A stretch of DNA of 25,584 bases from a virus (taxonomy: Duplodnaviria > Caudoviricetes): positions 1-25,584 of IMG/VR virus record IMGVR_UViG_3300049139_000192. One strand, written 5' to 3'. Made by a program: the position numbers and the translations under genes. A model generated the notes under the pieces. The model made no database searches and was not told the DNA's origin. It saw only the letters and a program-made list of their open reading frames with translations. This document shows, in pieces, positions 23,976-25,584 of the stretch (position 1 is the first letter of the stretch; each line of letters begins with the position of its first letter).

Positions 23976-24364
23976 TGGAGCCTCCCCAGGTGGCGGCGCA
24001 CGGTCGCCTGGGCGATCCCGGGCGCTTTGCGCTTGAGTCCTTGTGTCACCCTCCTGAAGGTCCAATAGCCCTCGAAGCGGGTGACTGGAGCGTTCCTAGA
24101 TCCCGTACCTTCCAACCAATGTCCGTATATGACCCGGTTGTCATAGAGGACGCGGGCGTGCGGCCCGAGCTGCCGGTTCCGGATCTGGGACTGGTAGTGG
24201 CCGGTCGGATGCTTCAGCACGCGGATCAGCGTGAACCCGATGTCCGCGAAGCCCTGCGCGGCCACGTCGTCCACCACGGCTTCGGCGATGTCGTCCATGA
24301 TGCCGGGCGCGCGGCCGTCGAGGACCGGGCCCTCAACGTTGATCGTCGCGTGCACCTCAAGCAT
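23972..24364 (-). CDS. Neck/tail-completion protein (HK97 gp10-like)
   Basis: PTGHYQSQI...IYGHWLEGTGSRN motif; position. Confidence 0.7.
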   Translation of the reverse strand: MLEVHATINVEGPVLDGRAPGIMDDIAEAVVDDVAAQGFADIGFTLIRVLKHPTGHYQSQIRNRQLGPHARVLYDNRVIYGHWLEGTGSRNAPVTRFEGYWTFRRVTQGLKRKAPGIAQATVRRHLGRLQ

Positions 24365-24366
24365 CG

Positions 24367-25446
24367 CTACACCGCCCGACTTCGTGCTTTACGACCGCAC
24401 GCCGCGTACGCCGACGCCCACAACGCCTCCAGGCCGACGCCGATCTCCTGCGTCCGCTGGCGGTTGCCCGACGCCGTGCCGGACGAGCCGGAGCGGCTCT
24501 CAGGCCGCGCGTAACCCGACTGCTCGCCCAGCACCTGGGCCAGCGACAAGCCGACGCATAGGGCACTCACAGGGCCCGGAACGACGTGCCGGTACACCGC
24601 CGCCCCGCTGGTGTGCGCGGCCAGGGTGGTGCCGAGCTGGGCACGATCCACATCCACGCCGGCCAGGTGGAACACGTCCACGCCGGAGGAGTGCGCGGCC
24701 AGCACGCTGCCGTCCCACGCCCGCTTGACGATCAAGTTGTTGCCTGCCACGTCCACGACGAGCATCCGCTCGGCGTCGACGAGCAGCACGCTGCCCGCCC
24801 CGAACGCGCCCCCGTTGCTGACGGGCACCGTCACATCCGCCGCCGACGCGGCCAGCGCGCCGCCGGTGTCCTGCGTGCTGTCCGCCATCGTCCGGCCGGT
24901 CACGATCAGCCGCTCATCGCCGATCCGCAGGATGTCACCGACGCCCAGATCCGTCACCGACCACGTGATCGACGCGGTGTCGGCAGGGTCGGCGTCGAGG
25001 TTGCCCGTGAGGGTGCCGACCTGCTCCTCGTCGGCCGGGCATCCCGCCCAGACGCCGGTGATGGCGATGGCCTGCTGGTGGGAGTCGCCGCTCGAGAACG
25101 CGGACGCGGAGTCGATGTCGATCTCGACCCGGTTGTACGGCGGGCCGCCCGTCGGATACAGCACCAGGTCGCCGGTCGGGATCGCCACGCCGCCCGAGGT
25201 CATCGCGGTCACCTCGACGAGCTCGTGCTGGTCGAGCCACAACCGCCACGGGCGGGCCCGCTGCGCGTTGGGCCAGTCGAAGGAGCGAGTGCCGTGCCAC
25301 GGGTAGAAGATCCGGTGCAGCCCGCCCTCGATCTGGCGGGACGCGGATTCGATCGCCCGATCTATCTGCGTGTTCGCCCTGGCCGTCTCCGCGATATCCA
25401 GCGCGCCTTTCACCACTTCGCGGGTGGTGTACCAGGGCTGCGCCAT
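24367..25446 (-). CDS. Head-tail adaptor/connector with inserted beta modules
   Basis: WYTTREVVK...IDRAIESASRQIEGGLHRIFYP N-terminus typical of gp6/gp15-like adaptors; first gene of the neck-tail cluster. Confidence 0.72.
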   Translation of the reverse strand: MAQPWYTTREVVKGALDIAETARANTQIDRAIESASRQIEGGLHRIFYPWHGTRSFDWPNAQRARPWRLWLDQHELVEVTAMTSGGVAIPTGDLVLYPTGGPPYNRVEIDIDSASAFSSGDSHQQAIAITGVWAGCPADEEQVGTLTGNLDADPADTASITWSVTDLGVGDILRIGDERLIVTGRTMADSTQDTGGALAASAADVTVPVSNGGAFGAGSVLLVDAERMLVVDVAGNNLIVKRAWDGSVLAAHSSGVDVFHLAGVDVDRAQLGTTLAAHTSGAAVYRHVVPGPVSALCVGLSLAQVLGEQSGYARPESRSGSSGTASGNRQRTQEIGVGLEALWASAYAACGRKARSRAV

Positions 25447-25584
25447 AGCCGAAATGCTACAGGTGGACCGGAGATATTCCTGCGGCAGGGCCGATCAGCC
25501 GGAAATCTTCCCGTCAACGGCCGGTGCGCTGCCACTGGCTACACCACCAGCCACCCCGCCCGCCGCGCCAGCGCTCCCCGCCAC

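Larger units (their letters stand above)
1..25584. mobile_element. Part of an actinomycete prophage or phage-plasmid carrying a TraB-type conjugation module
   Basis: Canonical siphovirus gene order (adaptor-neck-terminator-tube-chaperone-TMP-tip-lysis) at 11426-25446 is contiguous with an FtsK/TraB + membrane-protein cluster at 712-5188. No host housekeeping synteny is visible and neither element end is seen. Confidence 0.85.

Overview
High-GC actinomycete mobile element that combines two modules. The right arm (11426-25446, minus strand) is a siphovirus-type late region: head-tail adaptor, neck and tail terminator, two tail-tube paralogues, a tail chaperone with a -1 frameshift, tape measure, tail tip and minor tail proteins, an amidase endolysin and a holin. 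The left arm (1-7057, plus strand) is a Streptomyces-type conjugation module: HU, spread-like membrane proteins and an FtsK/SpoIIIE TraB translocase followed by a clt-like cluster of 8-mer repeats. Downstream of it lies an array of tiny ORFs separated by three families of conserved, covarying stem-loops (bulged long hairpins and tRNA-like three-way junctions). The centre holds two duplicated promoter/operator + HTH cassettes, a divergent HTH gene, two DUF6221-like paralogues and a GntR regulator. No integrase, replication, capsid, portal or terminase gene is in the window, so prophage versus phage-plasmid cannot be decided. Other oddities are a frame-independent palindrome array inside a membrane/HTH gene, a probable ATT start for the short tail-tube gene, an 11-codon mini-ORF copying that gene's C-terminus, and short AT3-rich synonymous patches in structural genes. 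All family assignments come from motif recognition by eye; no searches were run.
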